This document shows positions 9,315 through 19,815 of a stretch of DNA of 64,000 nucleotides, in pieces. The stretch's first letter is position 1. Each line of letters starts with the position of its first letter. The position numbers were made by a program, and so were the translations under genes. Source of the stretch: Oligoflexia bacterium (GTDB lineage Bacteria; Bdellovibrionota; UBA1018); NCBI GenBank assembly GCA_963758495.1, contig CAVWVI010000003.1, positions 736,001 to 800,000 of the forward strand, read 5' to 3'. Below the pieces are notes generated by a model. The model did not search any database. It was not told the origin of the DNA and saw nothing but the letters and a program-made list of their open reading frames with translations.

Positions 9315-11771
9315 CTAAAAATGAGGATCTCGCAAGGGTTTGTACCTCATTTTGTCGCGCACATGGCCATGTCCACTTGGGGAGCCCTTATTCCAATCCC
9401 AATCATTGTGGCAGCGACTACAAGTCATCGCATTACATCCATCAGACCGTTCCGTAATCACTCCACAGTGATAACAGGGTCGAAATCTACCTCGGAGATC
9501 ATCGTTTGAAAGTTTAATTACTGGAGGTGCCTCAGCTCCCAACTTTAGAAGCTTTTCAAACTCTTTCATTTGTTCTGCATACTGAGAACATGCGCCCTGA
9601 TGCTCATTTCCGCATCGGATGCATCCTTCCTGCTCGCATAAAAAGCACGAGTAAAATGCAGATTTTTCCTGAGGTTGAACGATCCTTCCTCCAGCACAGC
9701 CTGCGGTAGGGCAAACTACCCAGCCCATTTGTTGAGCATTCACTCGATCCACAATTCTCATTCTCACTTTTTCCACATCAGCTCCTGATCGACCCTGCTG
9801 AGCTAGATACTCTGTATGGAGGATATTCTTACATCCTGGACATTGATTGAGATCTTCTCCGTCTCGGTTGACCACCATATCGCAATATCCGGTAGCACAA
9901 TCTTGACAGAGATAACATGAACAGCCAGCGGGACCCGGCTGTGAGTGATCTTGATCCATTCGTTCGTCAAAGCAAGAGAGACATTGGTTTGTATTTACGG
10001 GCTCGATGGGAGCAGATGGAGCATTTGCAGTAGCAATTTCAGCAGAAGCTAATACTGGAGCTGTCTCGCTGACCTCTGATCGAGGAGCCTCGATCTTGCC
10101 TATAAAGTGCTGCCAGGCTCTTTTCAATCCATATTCTCGACCCTGACTTGAAGAGGAAGCTTCTGTAGATTGAGAAGATTCTGACGATCTTATCGATGGT
10201 GTTGCTACTGGGAGTCTCTGCTCCTGGATTTCCTTCTCACGTTCCTGATAGTAGAATTCCTTGGCCTTCAGATTCATCAGCTTCTTAAGCTGCTTAATAG
10301 GAGCGATTAGATCCGAATTTTCGTTCTCAATTCGCTCCCCTTCAAACGAAATCGCGCACTCAGATTTTAGGTTCAAGATCTCGCTCAATTTGGATGCAGT
10401 TTGAGTGGATGAAAACAATTGCACCCACTTCTCAATCTGAGAACTCCAGCCTTGTCTGGCAACCAGCTCTAGAATTGCTCTGAGTTCGGAAGTTCCAAAA
10501 TACTGTTCCTCTCCCTTTTCTAAAATCAACTGAGCTATTTTAAGATTTCGTGCTTTGCTAGCCCATACCAGTGCCGGGAGACCCTCTTTACCGGGAAATT
10601 TCAAGTCACAATCATCCCTGGTAATGAATGCTGCACCAGATAGGGAAATAGAATCCAAAATAAATTTTATGATCTCTGTTTTCCCTTTTTCGGAAGCCAG
10701 AGTCAGAGGAGTATGGCCACTTGAGTGAGAGAGTAACTTCGGACAAAGTTGCGCCCCCCTGCTTGCTGCGAGCTTCACCATTTCTAGATTTCCTCGCTCA
10801 ATAGCAGACATCAATATCGGTTCGAGAGGTCCTAAATCCGCTCCATGATCTAGCGAAACTGAAATCACGTCCGATCGGTCATTCTCCACAGCCCATTTCA
10901 GAAGTGTGCGACCTTGAAGCCTCTCGTAATCTTTTTGATTCGAGTACGCGCTCTTATTTAGCGGAAAAACTTGGTTCGGATTCACTCCGCGCTCTAAAAG
11001 AATTTTGATAATCTCAAACTGAGAGGATGCGGCTGCCTGAACTAAAGGCGTTCTCCCTCGGCCATCAGGCTGATTCACTAATGCCTGTTCATTGAACTGG
11101 TTTTTTCCAAGAACTCCCTTCAAAGAAAGAAGATATTTGGCTAGATGAACTGAATTTGTTTCGATCGCCCAAGTCAGGATAGAACGATCATGAAAACGAT
11201 CATACTGCTTTGAATCCACATAGGCATTGGAGTCTGCAGGAAACAAAGAATCAGGACGAGCGCCATTTTCTAAACTCAATTTTAAAAATTTGAATTGTTC
11301 CTGCTCTGTTCTAGCAGATACGAGCGATTGCATGAGGGCTGTCCAACCCATGCTGTCCTGATGGTTCATCACCGCTCCTCGCGAAAGCAAAGTCCGCATC
11401 AGTTCAAGTTGACCCTTCTGTGTCGCAGAAAGGAGCGCGGTTCTCCCTTGGTGATCAGCTAAATTGATATCTGCGCCTCTGTCCAAAAGGGATTGCAGAA
11501 CGTCTAATCCGGTCCCAGACTCAATTGCCAAAATCAAGGCAGTCTTTCCATCCTGGTCCGTTTCGTTAACGAATTGGCGAGTGTTCTGATTTTTTTGTTC
11601 TAAGGACGCGAGAAGCTGAATCGCCAAGCTCCGATTTTTGCCCTTAATAGCTACGTGCAGATCATTAAAATTACCTGGAGCATCTCCCTGGCAATAGCCC
11701 AGTTGGGTATCTTCGAATGCAACTAGGCCCGTTATTACTGATAAGACTAGAATAAATTTCCTTGGTTCCAT
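9315..11771 (-). CDS. Secreted ankyrin-repeat + RING1-IBR-RING2 (RBR) E3-ligase-like protein
   Basis: Signal-like N-terminus; ankyrins (GKTALILA, GRTALLSA, GRTPLVQA, GHTPLTLA); RING1 CLSC..CSCYLCQDC..CPGC; IBR WVVCPTAGC..CFLC..CIRC..HQGAC; RING2 RPCYHC..ERSDGCNAMTCSRC. Confidence 0.85.
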   Translation of the reverse strand: MEPRKFILVLSVITGLVAFEDTQLGYCQGDAPGNFNDLHVAIKGKNRSLAIQLLASLEQKNQNTRQFVNETDQDGKTALILAIESGTGLDVLQSLLDRGADINLADHQGRTALLSATQKGQLELMRTLLSRGAVMNHQDSMGWTALMQSLVSARTEQEQFKFLKLSLENGARPDSLFPADSNAYVDSKQYDRFHDRSILTWAIETNSVHLAKYLLSLKGVLGKNQFNEQALVNQPDGRGRTPLVQAAASSQFEIIKILLERGVNPNQVFPLNKSAYSNQKDYERLQGRTLLKWAVENDRSDVISVSLDHGADLGPLEPILMSAIERGNLEMVKLAASRGAQLCPKLLSHSSGHTPLTLASEKGKTEIIKFILDSISLSGAAFITRDDCDLKFPGKEGLPALVWASKARNLKIAQLILEKGEEQYFGTSELRAILELVARQGWSSQIEKWVQLFSSTQTASKLSEILNLKSECAISFEGERIENENSDLIAPIKQLKKLMNLKAKEFYYQEREKEIQEQRLPVATPSIRSSESSQSTEASSSSQGREYGLKRAWQHFIGKIEAPRSEVSETAPVLASAEIATANAPSAPIEPVNTNQCLSCFDERMDQDHSQPGPAGCSCYLCQDCATGYCDMVVNRDGEDLNQCPGCKNILHTEYLAQQGRSGADVEKVRMRIVDRVNAQQMGWVVCPTAGCAGGRIVQPQEKSAFYSCFLCEQEGCIRCGNEHQGACSQYAEQMKEFEKLLKLGAEAPPVIKLSNDDLRGRFRPCYHCGVITERSDGCNAMTCSRCHNDWDWNKGSPSGHGHVRDKMRYKPLRDPHF

Positions 11772-11917
11772 ACTGGATCAGACCCATACACCATTTATTA
11801 TTTAAAATCAGTAATTGACAATGAGGGTTCTCAACTGTTGAGATTCGAGTATCTTAACGTACCTATATATAGATTTATAATGCATTTTCCTCTTAAAAAT
11901 GGTTTTCAATAACATTC

Positions 11918-12346
11918 ATGAGACTCGGAGATTGGGCTGAAAAACAAGGAATTACTTACATGACGGCATGGAGATGGTTCAAGCAGGGCAAAATGCCTGT
12001 GAAGACCATCCAAACGCCCAGTGGTATGATTTTAGTCGAACAAGAGAATGAAGCAGGGACGACGTCTCAACATAAATCAACAGCCATTTATGCACGCGTG
12101 AGCTCTCATGATCAAAAGAAAGATTTAGATGGCCAAGTGGCAAGATTGTCTATGTATGCGGCAAACCACGGACTCGTCGTCACCCAGGTTTTGACTGAGA
12201 TCGGCTCTGGTCTTAATGGAAAACGAAAAAAACTCCTCAGCACACTGGCAGATCAGTCTATCGACGTCATTTTGGTAGAGCACAAAGATCGATTAACGAG
12301 ATTCGGGTTTGAATATATTGAGACCTTACTAGAGATCTCAGTCTAG
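11918..12346 (+). mobile_element. IS607-family serine transposase TnpA, truncated; no tnpB follows
   Basis: N-terminal HTH (WAEKQGITYMTAWRWF), YARVSSHDQK, EIGSGLN, EHKDRLTRFG; premature stop removes the C-terminal helices. Confidence 0.85.
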
Positions 12347-12779
12347 AGAAGTGTTGTAGCTGACGAGAATGAGTTATTGAACCCGCCTGAAGGCACTTTG
12401 CGCTACCAAAACACAATCAAAGATTCAACCGATGATAATCACTACAAGTGTTCATTCTTTACAACGATGTTCATAAATTTATAAACATCGCATTAAAGAC
12501 AAAAGTGTTATATTCCTGATACTATGAGGAAATGGCCTGATAAGACTGATACCTTTCAATTGTACCTCATTAAGGTCAGAAAAATTGATCTGTTTTCTTT
12601 TCCTTCACTTTTTACTTTACCACTCGCCAAGTGAGAATATGGGGGAGTAAAGTAGGTACGGCAATCTCAAAACTCAAACCGTCTTGAGTTGCGATTTACC
12701 GCACTAGGTTTTTGCGTTGACTAAAACAAAGCAATACATTAAGTACTCAGCAAAATCAGATCTTCTTGAGGAGTACTAC

Positions 12780-14486
12780 TTGATTAAGAATCTTTTCGTG
12801 TTTATCTTCGTCCTCCAGTCCCTCAACGTATTTGCAGACCCATCTCCACATCAATATACAATAGGAACCTACAACGTATCTAATCTATGGGATGCTGACC
12901 CCTCAAATACGCCACAGATCTGGGCAGACTTCCAAGCTTCCTTACCGAATCATAAAAAAAATATCCATTCTCAATCGCCCCAATACGCCCAATTCGATAT
13001 AGCCACTTCAAATTATTATAATCCTAAAATTTTACAGGCCAAAGTGAACAATATCGTTTCAGCTATCAAACTGTCAGGGATACCTGATATTTTGGCACTA
13101 CAGGAATTTGAAAGTGCAGGTAATCAAAGTAAAATATGGGAAATGCCCTATGATCCACAGACCACTTTCAAAGAAGCCTTAGAAAAACTGGGTTATCAAT
13201 ATTTTTTCCTAGGCTTCCAAGAAAAAGACAACCCTGTATCTGTCACACCTGCTGTAATCAGCAAAGTTCCACTTAAACAATTACAAGCCATCTCTGTGCA
13301 CAGTGGGCATAATACCTCTGGGCGCAATATTATGGTTTTAGAATGGGATTTACCTCAATCTCGGGTTGTCCTCATCAATGGTCATTTTAAGTCTAAACGG
13401 GACGGAGGAGACTCCCTGAGAGAAAGCCAAGCACGTGCTGTCAGAGACCGAATTCATCTAGAAAAAACGCTAGATCCAACATCTCGAGTTATTGTCTTAG
13501 GAGATTTGAATAGCACTTATTATGAACCCGTAATGAAATTAATGGGGAGCACAGGAGATGAAGCATCCATGCTCACTGAATCTGGAACTCCCAACTTGCT
13601 GAATTTGTGGTATGAACTCAAGGAAGATCAACGTTGGGAATCCTCTTTTGGGGGCGCATATGGCACACTCTCTCACATCTTAATTTCCCATGATTTTTTC
13701 TATAAATATGGCTTAAGTTATGATCCCGGTAGCTTTCATGCCGTCGGACAGACCGGTCCAGAAGCAGAGGTTCTTCTGAATCCAGAAGGAGTCCCCTTTG
13801 ACTGGCAAATACAGGCACGAGGGAAGCACTTTGTTCATCATATAGGGAAGGGATATTCTGATCACCTACCCTTAGTCGCAAGCTTTACTTTCACGACACA
13901 CCCTCCTGATCTAGCTAATGTTAAAAAGAAGATTCAAGATCCTTTTCACGAAGACTCCAGTTATTCACCACACAAAATCTTTTTTAGTCATGTAAAAGTC
14001 TGCGACGAACATGAAGCATTAGACTACAAGGAAGTAGATTGGAATGATATCGACTCCTACTATGGGAAATGTGTAAAAATAATTGCAAATAAGGGATTCC
14101 CCTTAAGTCCTCGAGGAAAACACCATACTAATTTTATTACACTTCCAGTTGAAAATAAAAGTCATGAAGACAATCATACTTTTACTTTAGCCATTGGAAT
14201 GTCTCGTCATTACGATTGGCGCCCTAATATTGACGACAGCAGAGTCAGCTTAGAAGAAGCCTCCCTCCCAGAAGGGGGTAGCTATGATTTTCAAAGCCCG
14301 CATCCACATAGTAATCAGTGCTATGCTCGTAAAGTATTACAGGGTGAAGGCGGAGAGTTGCGAAAAATAGTCGGCAGAATCAGCTACCAAAATGGTAATT
14401 TATCGATTTTAGCTGCGAGCCGTGAGCCACGCCATATTGAATTGATTCATTTACCTGAGCCTAAGCTTCGTGCTTGCCCTTGGTAG
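12780..14486 (+). CDS. Secreted endonuclease/exonuclease/phosphatase (EEP) family protein
   Basis: TYNV, PDILALQE, GHFKS, VLGDLN, YSDHLP; likely TTG start at 12780 after GAGGAG, followed by a signal peptide. Confidence 0.85.
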   Translation: MIKNLFVFIFVLQSLNVFADPSPHQYTIGTYNVSNLWDADPSNTPQIWADFQASLPNHKKNIHSQSPQYAQFDIATSNYYNPKILQAKVNNIVSAIKLSGIPDILALQEFESAGNQSKIWEMPYDPQTTFKEALEKLGYQYFFLGFQEKDNPVSVTPAVISKVPLKQLQAISVHSGHNTSGRNIMVLEWDLPQSRVVLINGHFKSKRDGGDSLRESQARAVRDRIHLEKTLDPTSRVIVLGDLNSTYYEPVMKLMGSTGDEASMLTESGTPNLLNLWYELKEDQRWESSFGGAYGTLSHILISHDFFYKYGLSYDPGSFHAVGQTGPEAEVLLNPEGVPFDWQIQARGKHFVHHIGKGYSDHLPLVASFTFTTHPPDLANVKKKIQDPFHEDSSYSPHKIFFSHVKVCDEHEALDYKEVDWNDIDSYYGKCVKIIANKGFPLSPRGKHHTNFITLPVENKSHEDNHTFTLAIGMSRHYDWRPNIDDSRVSLEEASLPEGGSYDFQSPHPHSNQCYARKVLQGEGGELRKIVGRISYQNGNLSILAASREPRHIELIHLPEPKLRACPW

Positions 14487-14808
14487 CCTCTTAAAAATAG
14501 ACCTTAAAACACATGAGGTACGCTTCGTACTTTATTCTTTTAGACCTTTTTTATCCAATTCAGATATTCGACAGACTCAATCACTACAGTACCTTGTCGA
14601 ATTTCTTCAGGATAATCTTTTAGATTCCCTGTGATAAGAGCTATACTGATTCGCAAATACAGGGAATTTAGTCCCATATCAAAATTTACCGTGGGTAATT
14701 TTAACAGGTATCTAAATTCACCGTCCACTCTGTTTTTTATTAGCGCTAGAAGAACACCTCAAATCTGATTTGCTCAAGCAAGAAACTTGTGCTAGCTTCA
14801 CGCCCACT

Positions 14809-14955
14809 ATGGGTAAAAGACTTAGCGTAAAGCACAATAAACGTCGTACTGATAAACACACAGCCTATCTTGCTGGTACTGCTCCGGCTGGCCATAAAGT
14901 AGCCCTTGAGCGCAGCAAGAAAGCAAAAAAGAAAAAAGCTTACGTAATGACCTAA
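14809..14955 (+). CDS. Small basic protein (48 aa), function unknown
   Basis: MGKRLSVKHNKRRTDKH..KKAKKKKAYVMT; preceded by TTGCTC-17-TAGCTT and followed by a hairpin. Confidence 0.6.
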   Translation: MGKRLSVKHNKRRTDKHTAYLAGTAPAGHKVALERSKKAKKKKAYVMT

Positions 14956-14987
14956 TAACAGACTGCCAATAGGCTGTTTGTTATTAG
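14952..14987 (+). terminator. Probable intrinsic terminator
   Basis: ctaataacagac...gtttgttattag followed by a T-rich tract. Confidence 0.55.
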
Positions 14988-15436
14988 ATTTTTATTTCTA
15001 TTAGGCTGGACGACCATGAGTAGGGTTTAAGTGTTCTCTTTTACATTTATACAATTCAATAAAAAGGAATGCCTAAGCCCCCGGCCGTGGAGATATACAC
15101 GAACGGCCCTTGATGAAGAACGATGCCCATTACCGGTTTACGTTGTTTTTTAGCAAACCAAGTAGGTAAGTACCGCTCTCAGCTTGATGATGAAAATTGA
15201 TGATGAAAACTACAGAAAATGAAGGAAGCAGCACATGCTCTGCCTACTTACTGTAGTTTTTGATTAAAAAATGGGAGGAGAGTATATCATAAAAGCACAT
15301 AAAAGACTGAGAATGAGCTTCAACAGTGGGAAGTGGAAGTAACTGTTCTTCTAATCAAAGATTTACGTTTCTGTCATGTGTAAAGAGTGGCTTTATAAAT
15401 GACAGAAACGTGTTTTTCTCTATTCTCTCTGATGCA

Positions 15437-15757
15437 TCAAGCCTTTTGCTTGAGCATTTCCTGCAATTCGCCGCGTTCATACATTTCACAAATAATATCG
15501 CAGCCGCCTACAAATTTTCCATGCACAAAAATCTGAGGAACAGTCGGCCACTGGGTGTATTCTTCTAATGCTCCCCAGAGTGGGTCATCCGCTAGAACAT
15601 CCACTCCCACTAGGCTTTCTGCTCCTGCAGAACGAAGCACTTGGCATGCACGTGCAGAAAAACCGCATTGAGGAAACTGAGGCGTTCCCTTCATAAAAAT
15701 AACGACAGGTGATGATTTAACTTTCTCTTCTACTTGAGCAATCAATGAATTTACCAT
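15437..15757 (-). CDS. grxD: Monothiol glutaredoxin
   Basis: FMKGTPQFPQCGFS, WPTVPQIFV, GGCDI. Confidence 0.95.
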   Translation of the reverse strand: MVNSLIAQVEEKVKSSPVVIFMKGTPQFPQCGFSARACQVLRSAGAESLVGVDVLADDPLWGALEEYTQWPTVPQIFVHGKFVGGCDIICEMYERGELQEMLKQKA

Positions 15758-15766
15758 AAAATCTCC

Positions 15767-16018
15767 TTACTTCTTAAATTTACTAAACTGTTCCGGTGTA
15801 TATGTTTTCAAGGTCAGTGCATGCACATCACCTGAGTCAATTTCCGCTTGTACAAGGCTCAACACCATACGATGCTGTTCAATCATCATTTTTCCAGAAA
15901 AAATAGGAGAAATAACGACGGCCTGATAATGGTCTTGGGTCCCTGTCATATCAACCACCTCAACTTGAGTGTCGGGACCCAGGGACTCTAATCGCTGTTT
16001 TAATTGGATAGGATTCAT
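15767..16018 (-). CDS. BolA/IbaG family protein
   Basis: DHYQAVVISPIFSGK..QHRMV..VHALTLKTYTP; adjacent to grxD. Confidence 0.9.
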   Translation of the reverse strand: MNPIQLKQRLESLGPDTQVEVVDMTGTQDHYQAVVISPIFSGKMMIEQHRMVLSLVQAEIDSGDVHALTLKTYTPEQFSKFKK

Positions 16019-16113
16019 TTTAGCTCTCATAGCACATTGGGTCAAATCCTCAAATACTGCATTTAGACTCATCATTTCATCCAGCGGTGTGGGCGCCCCC
16101 CGTATGAATAAGG

Positions 16114-16140
16114 GTCAACAACTGTAAAGGAACTGCTTAC
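16114..16140 (-). mobile_element. Solo left end of the MITE-like family
   Basis: Reverse complement gtaagcagttcctttacagttgttgac. Confidence 0.65.
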
Positions 16141-16198
16141 ATAGGCCCCTTTCATGCTTATAGTTCACCGGCTCGCAATTTGCTTCTAAATCGATTAA

Positions 16199-18577
16199 AT
16201 GGAGCAAGTACCTTTGATACTTCCGGTTTTACCTATCCGGAATGCAGTTCTCTTTCCGTCGGTTTCAATGCCATTAGTGGTGGGACGTCCCCGCAGTATT
16301 CGAGCTGTTGAACAGGCGCAAGCGACTGACTCGCTACTTGTCGTTGTTGCACAACGAGTTTTAACCCAGGGAGATCCCCAAGTTGAAGACCTTTACTCAA
16401 TTGGTACCCTTTGCAAAATTGAAAGCAGCAGCACCACCACCGACGCAGGCACTCGCCAAATTATGGTCACTGGAATTGCACGATACCGACTGATTGAATG
16501 CAAAATAAGCACTGCTGATTTCTTAATTACACAAGGGGAAACCGTTCCTGATATACACAGTCCCCATTTGAGCCGTAATGAAGCACTTTTTTATAATTTA
16601 AAAGAACTCGCCCGAGAAGTCATTGAACTCTTGCCTGGTACTACGGAGCCTCTTTTAAAATTGATCGACCGGGTGGATGATTCTGCTTATCTCAGTAATA
16701 TTTGTGCAGCTTATTTAAATTTAACGCTCGCTGAAAAGCAGGAGCTACTTGAAACGGTTGAAATCGAACATCGGATGGAATCTATTTTAAATGCTATGAG
16801 AAGCGAAAGAGAAACTCTCAGCATTCAGAGAGAAATTCGAGACAAGATGTCTGAACGAATCAATAAGGCACAGCGTGAAGCCTTGCTGAGAGAACAACTG
16901 AGGACCATTCGACTCGAACTCGGTGAAGAGTCGGCAGATAATACAGTGGATGATCTCGATCTAAAACTGAAACAAGCTCATCTTTCGGAAGAGGCCTATA
17001 AACAAGCTCATGAAGAATTAAAGCGCCTGAGAAGCTTACCTGCTGCTTCAGCCGAATACCATGTGATTCGAACGTATCTGGAATGGATCTCTTCTTTACC
17101 CTGGAGTAATAAGTCAGACAGCCAACTGGATATCGCCCGTGCAAAAATAATTTTGGATGAAGATCATTACGGACTGGAGGATGTAAAACGCAGAATTATT
17201 CAGTTTTTAGCCGTAGCAAAGCTAAAAAATGACATCCATGGACCAATCCTCTGCTTGCTTGGCCCACCTGGAGTAGGAAAAACTTCCCTGGGACAATCCA
17301 TTGCACGAGCATTAGGCCGAAAATTTATCCATACGTCTTTAGGGGGAGTTCGAGATGAAGCTGAAATCCGCGGCCATAGACGAACTTATGTAGGAGCCAT
17401 GCCAGGTCGCATTATTCAGAGCATCAGACGAGCAGGAACTCGAAACCCTCTGATGATGTTGGATGAAATTGATAAACTTCGCGCTGATTACCACGGCGAT
17501 CCATCCGCAGCTATGCTCGAAGTTCTTGACCCCGAGCAAAACAAAACTTTTACAGACCACTACCTGGATGTCCCATTTGACCTCTCCGATGTCTTCTTCA
17601 TCACAACCGCCAATGTGGTTGACACGATTCCTCTAGCGTTACGAGATCGAATGGAAATTATAGAAGTAAATAGCTACACTTCAATTGAAAAACTGCAGAT
17701 TTCTAAAAAGTATTTAATCCCCAAACTACTAGCAAGCCATGGCCTTAAGCCCCATTACATTGAGCTGCCGGATGAAACTATCAAGAAAATTATCAGCAAT
17801 TATACCCGTGAAGCGGGAGTAAGAGAGCTTCAGAGAAAAATTGCAACGCTCTTTCGAGTTGCTGCCGAACTGGTTGTTGAGAAAATTTCTCAAAAAAACC
17901 TAAATTTTTCAGCTATTTACTTATCACCCGATAATCTTCAAAAATGGTTAGGTCCAGAGTTATTTATTTTAGAATCCGCTGAACAAGTTATGAAACCCGG
18001 AATAGCCACCGGCCTGGCATGGACGCCTCATGGAGGAGACCTTCTCTTTATTGAATCAACGGCGATTCCGACAGAGAAAGGGTCTCTCATCCTGACCGGC
18101 CAGATGGGTGATGTCATGAAAGAATCCGCCCAGATTGCTCTCAGTTTAGTCCGCTCTTTGGTAACCACCCAACTTCGCATTAAATTTGATTTCAGCGCCT
18201 ATGATATTCATATCCATGTCCCTGCGGGAGCAGTTCCTAAAGATGGCCCTTCTGCTGGTATTACTATTCTTGCCTCACTGACGTCTCTGATTCTGGGAGT
18301 TCCCTTAGATCCAAGTTTAGCATTGACCGGAGAAATTACTCTTCGAGGAGTGGTGCTTCCCGTAGGAGGGATTAAAGAGAAAATCCTTGCAGCTCACCGT
18401 GCTGGAATCGTTAGTATAATTATTCCAAAAAGAAATAAGCAGGATCTTTTCAACGTTCCAGTCGAAGTTAAGAATCAGTTAAATTTTATTTGGGTGGAGA
18501 CTGTAGAAGAGATGTTAAACTTTATTTTTCGCAAAGTGGATTTACATTGTACTAATGAAAATGAAATTGCCGTTTAA
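16199..18577 (+). CDS. lon: ATP-dependent Lon protease
   Basis: [23 protein letters not shown]. Confidence 0.97.
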   Translation: MEQVPLILPVLPIRNAVLFPSVSMPLVVGRPRSIRAVEQAQATDSLLVVVAQRVLTQGDPQVEDLYSIGTLCKIESSSTTTDAGTRQIMVTGIARYRLIECKISTADFLITQGETVPDIHSPHLSRNEALFYNLKELAREVIELLPGTTEPLLKLIDRVDDSAYLSNICAAYLNLTLAEKQELLETVEIEHRMESILNAMRSERETLSIQREIRDKMSERINKAQREALLREQLRTIRLELGEESADNTVDDLDLKLKQAHLSEEAYKQAHEELKRLRSLPAASAEYHVIRTYLEWISSLPWSNKSDSQLDIARAKIILDEDHYGLEDVKRRIIQFLAVAKLKNDIHGPILCLLGPPGVGKTSLGQSIARALGRKFIHTSLGGVRDEAEIRGHRRTYVGAMPGRIIQSIRRAGTRNPLMMLDEIDKLRADYHGDPSAAMLEVLDPEQNKTFTDHYLDVPFDLSDVFFITTANVVDTIPLALRDRMEIIEVNSYTSIEKLQISKKYLIPKLLASHGLKPHYIELPDETIKKIISNYTREAGVRELQRKIATLFRVAAELVVEKISQKNLNFSAIYLSPDNLQKWLGPELFILESAEQVMKPGIATGLAWTPHGGDLLFIESTAIPTEKGSLILTGQMGDVMKESAQIALSLVRSLVTTQLRIKFDFSAYDIHIHVPAGAVPKDGPSAGITILASLTSLILGVPLDPSLALTGEITLRGVVLPVGGIKEKILAAHRAGIVSIIIPKRNKQDLFNVPVEVKNQLNFIWVETVEEMLNFIFRKVDLHCTNENEIAV

Positions 18578-18622
18578 AATTCACCCTGAATCCGGCCCAG
18601 AAATTGCTAAATCATTTAAACT

Positions 18623-19132
18623 ATGCTTCGATCCATAAACTGGTTTGAACACACTAACCGATCTCTTCTTTCTCACTTTCCCGAAGCCCGATTTTATAGC
18701 GTCTATTTGGTTGAACGACTTTCCGCTCTCTTACTGGAAAGACTCCCTGCTGAAATCAGCCACTCCATTCTAAAATTACTTCCGCTTACTTTAGCCAAAG
18801 ATCATTTCAGTTCTCTTATAGCAAATGTAACCCCAGATGCAGATTCGAGCATTGGGTACGTCGACTTTGTCAAACGAGCAGAATCCACTTTGGGTTGCTC
18901 AGATCTAGGTAAACAGAGTCTTCAACTCGGCTCTCTCGACTCCCTCGACTCCCTCGACTCTGAAGACGAGCTGTACAAATATTCTGAAAAACTCACTAAT
19001 GTTTTTCTTTGGGCCATTGCACAGGAACTTCCAGCCGAAATTAAAACCCGCATGGTCGAAAATCTACCCTCTGAACTTCGGGCTCGAATGGATTTATTCT
19101 CAGCGCAAACCGACGAAGCCAAAGTCAGCTAA
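18623..19132 (+). CDS. Hypothetical protein, DUF2267-like helical
   Basis: Two 'LPAEI...LP' units resembling DUF2267; LDS x3 9-bp microrepeat. Confidence 0.5.
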   Translation: MLRSINWFEHTNRSLLSHFPEARFYSVYLVERLSALLLERLPAEISHSILKLLPLTLAKDHFSSLIANVTPDADSSIGYVDFVKRAESTLGCSDLGKQSLQLGSLDSLDSLDSEDELYKYSEKLTNVFLWAIAQELPAEIKTRMVENLPSELRARMDLFSAQTDEAKVS

Positions 19133-19137
19133 GAAAG

Positions 19138-19815
19138 TCAGTTCTCATGATCCTGCTTTACAACTCCCACCTTAGGACAGAACCGAGATAGGGAACAATC
19201 TTCGCAGTAAGCTCTCCGCGATGTGCAAATCTTACGACCATGACAAATCAGAAGATGAGCATAAAGAGTCCAATCTTGATTCGGTACAAGCTTCATCATT
19301 TCTTGCTCAACCTTCACAGGATCCGTCGACTTCGTAAATCCCATTCTACGACTTAGCCTTCCTACATGTGTGTCTACCACTAGGCTAGGAATACCAAAAG
19401 CCACGCCTAGTACTACGTTTGCCGTTTTTCTACCTACTCCTCTGAGTTTTACTAATTTTTCAAGGTCTTGAGGGATTTTTCCCCCATAATCGCTCACCAG
19501 AATTCGCGACGTTTCCAAAATAGAAAGCGCTTTACTTCGAAAAAAGCCCGTGGATTGAATTAATTTTTCAATCTCTTCTAACTTCGCAGTCGCCATTCGC
19601 TGTGGAGTTGGAAATTTTTGAAATAAAGTAGGTGTCACTTTATTTACTCTTTCATCTGTACACTGCGCCGAAAGAATCGTCGCAACCAAAAGTTGAAAAG
19701 GGTCATTGTAAATTAAACTACACTCCGCTTCAGGGTACTCTCGCTTCAAAATGCGAAGAATTTCTTTCATTCGACGCACTTCGCCTTCTTTTTTATTTAA
19801 ACGAGCTTGAGCCAC
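19138..19815 (-). CDS. nth: Endonuclease III
   Basis: LSAQCTD, HhH GVGRKTANVV, C-terminal 4Fe-4S cysteines. Confidence 0.96.
   Translation of the reverse strand: MAQARLNKKEGEVRRMKEILRILKREYPEAECSLIYNDPFQLLVATILSAQCTDERVNKVTPTLFQKFPTPQRMATAKLEEIEKLIQSTGFFRSKALSILETSRILVSDYGGKIPQDLEKLVKLRGVGRKTANVVLGVAFGIPSLVVDTHVGRLSRRMGFTKSTDPVKVEQEMMKLVPNQDWTLYAHLLICHGRKICTSRRAYCEDCSLSRFCPKVGVVKQDHEN

Noticed and set aside
14990..15430. Intergenic hairpins (ggccgt/acggcc; aaaactacag/ctgtagtttt) and ORF 15326-15568
   Set aside because: No recognisable RNA family; the ORF is mostly antisense to grxD.
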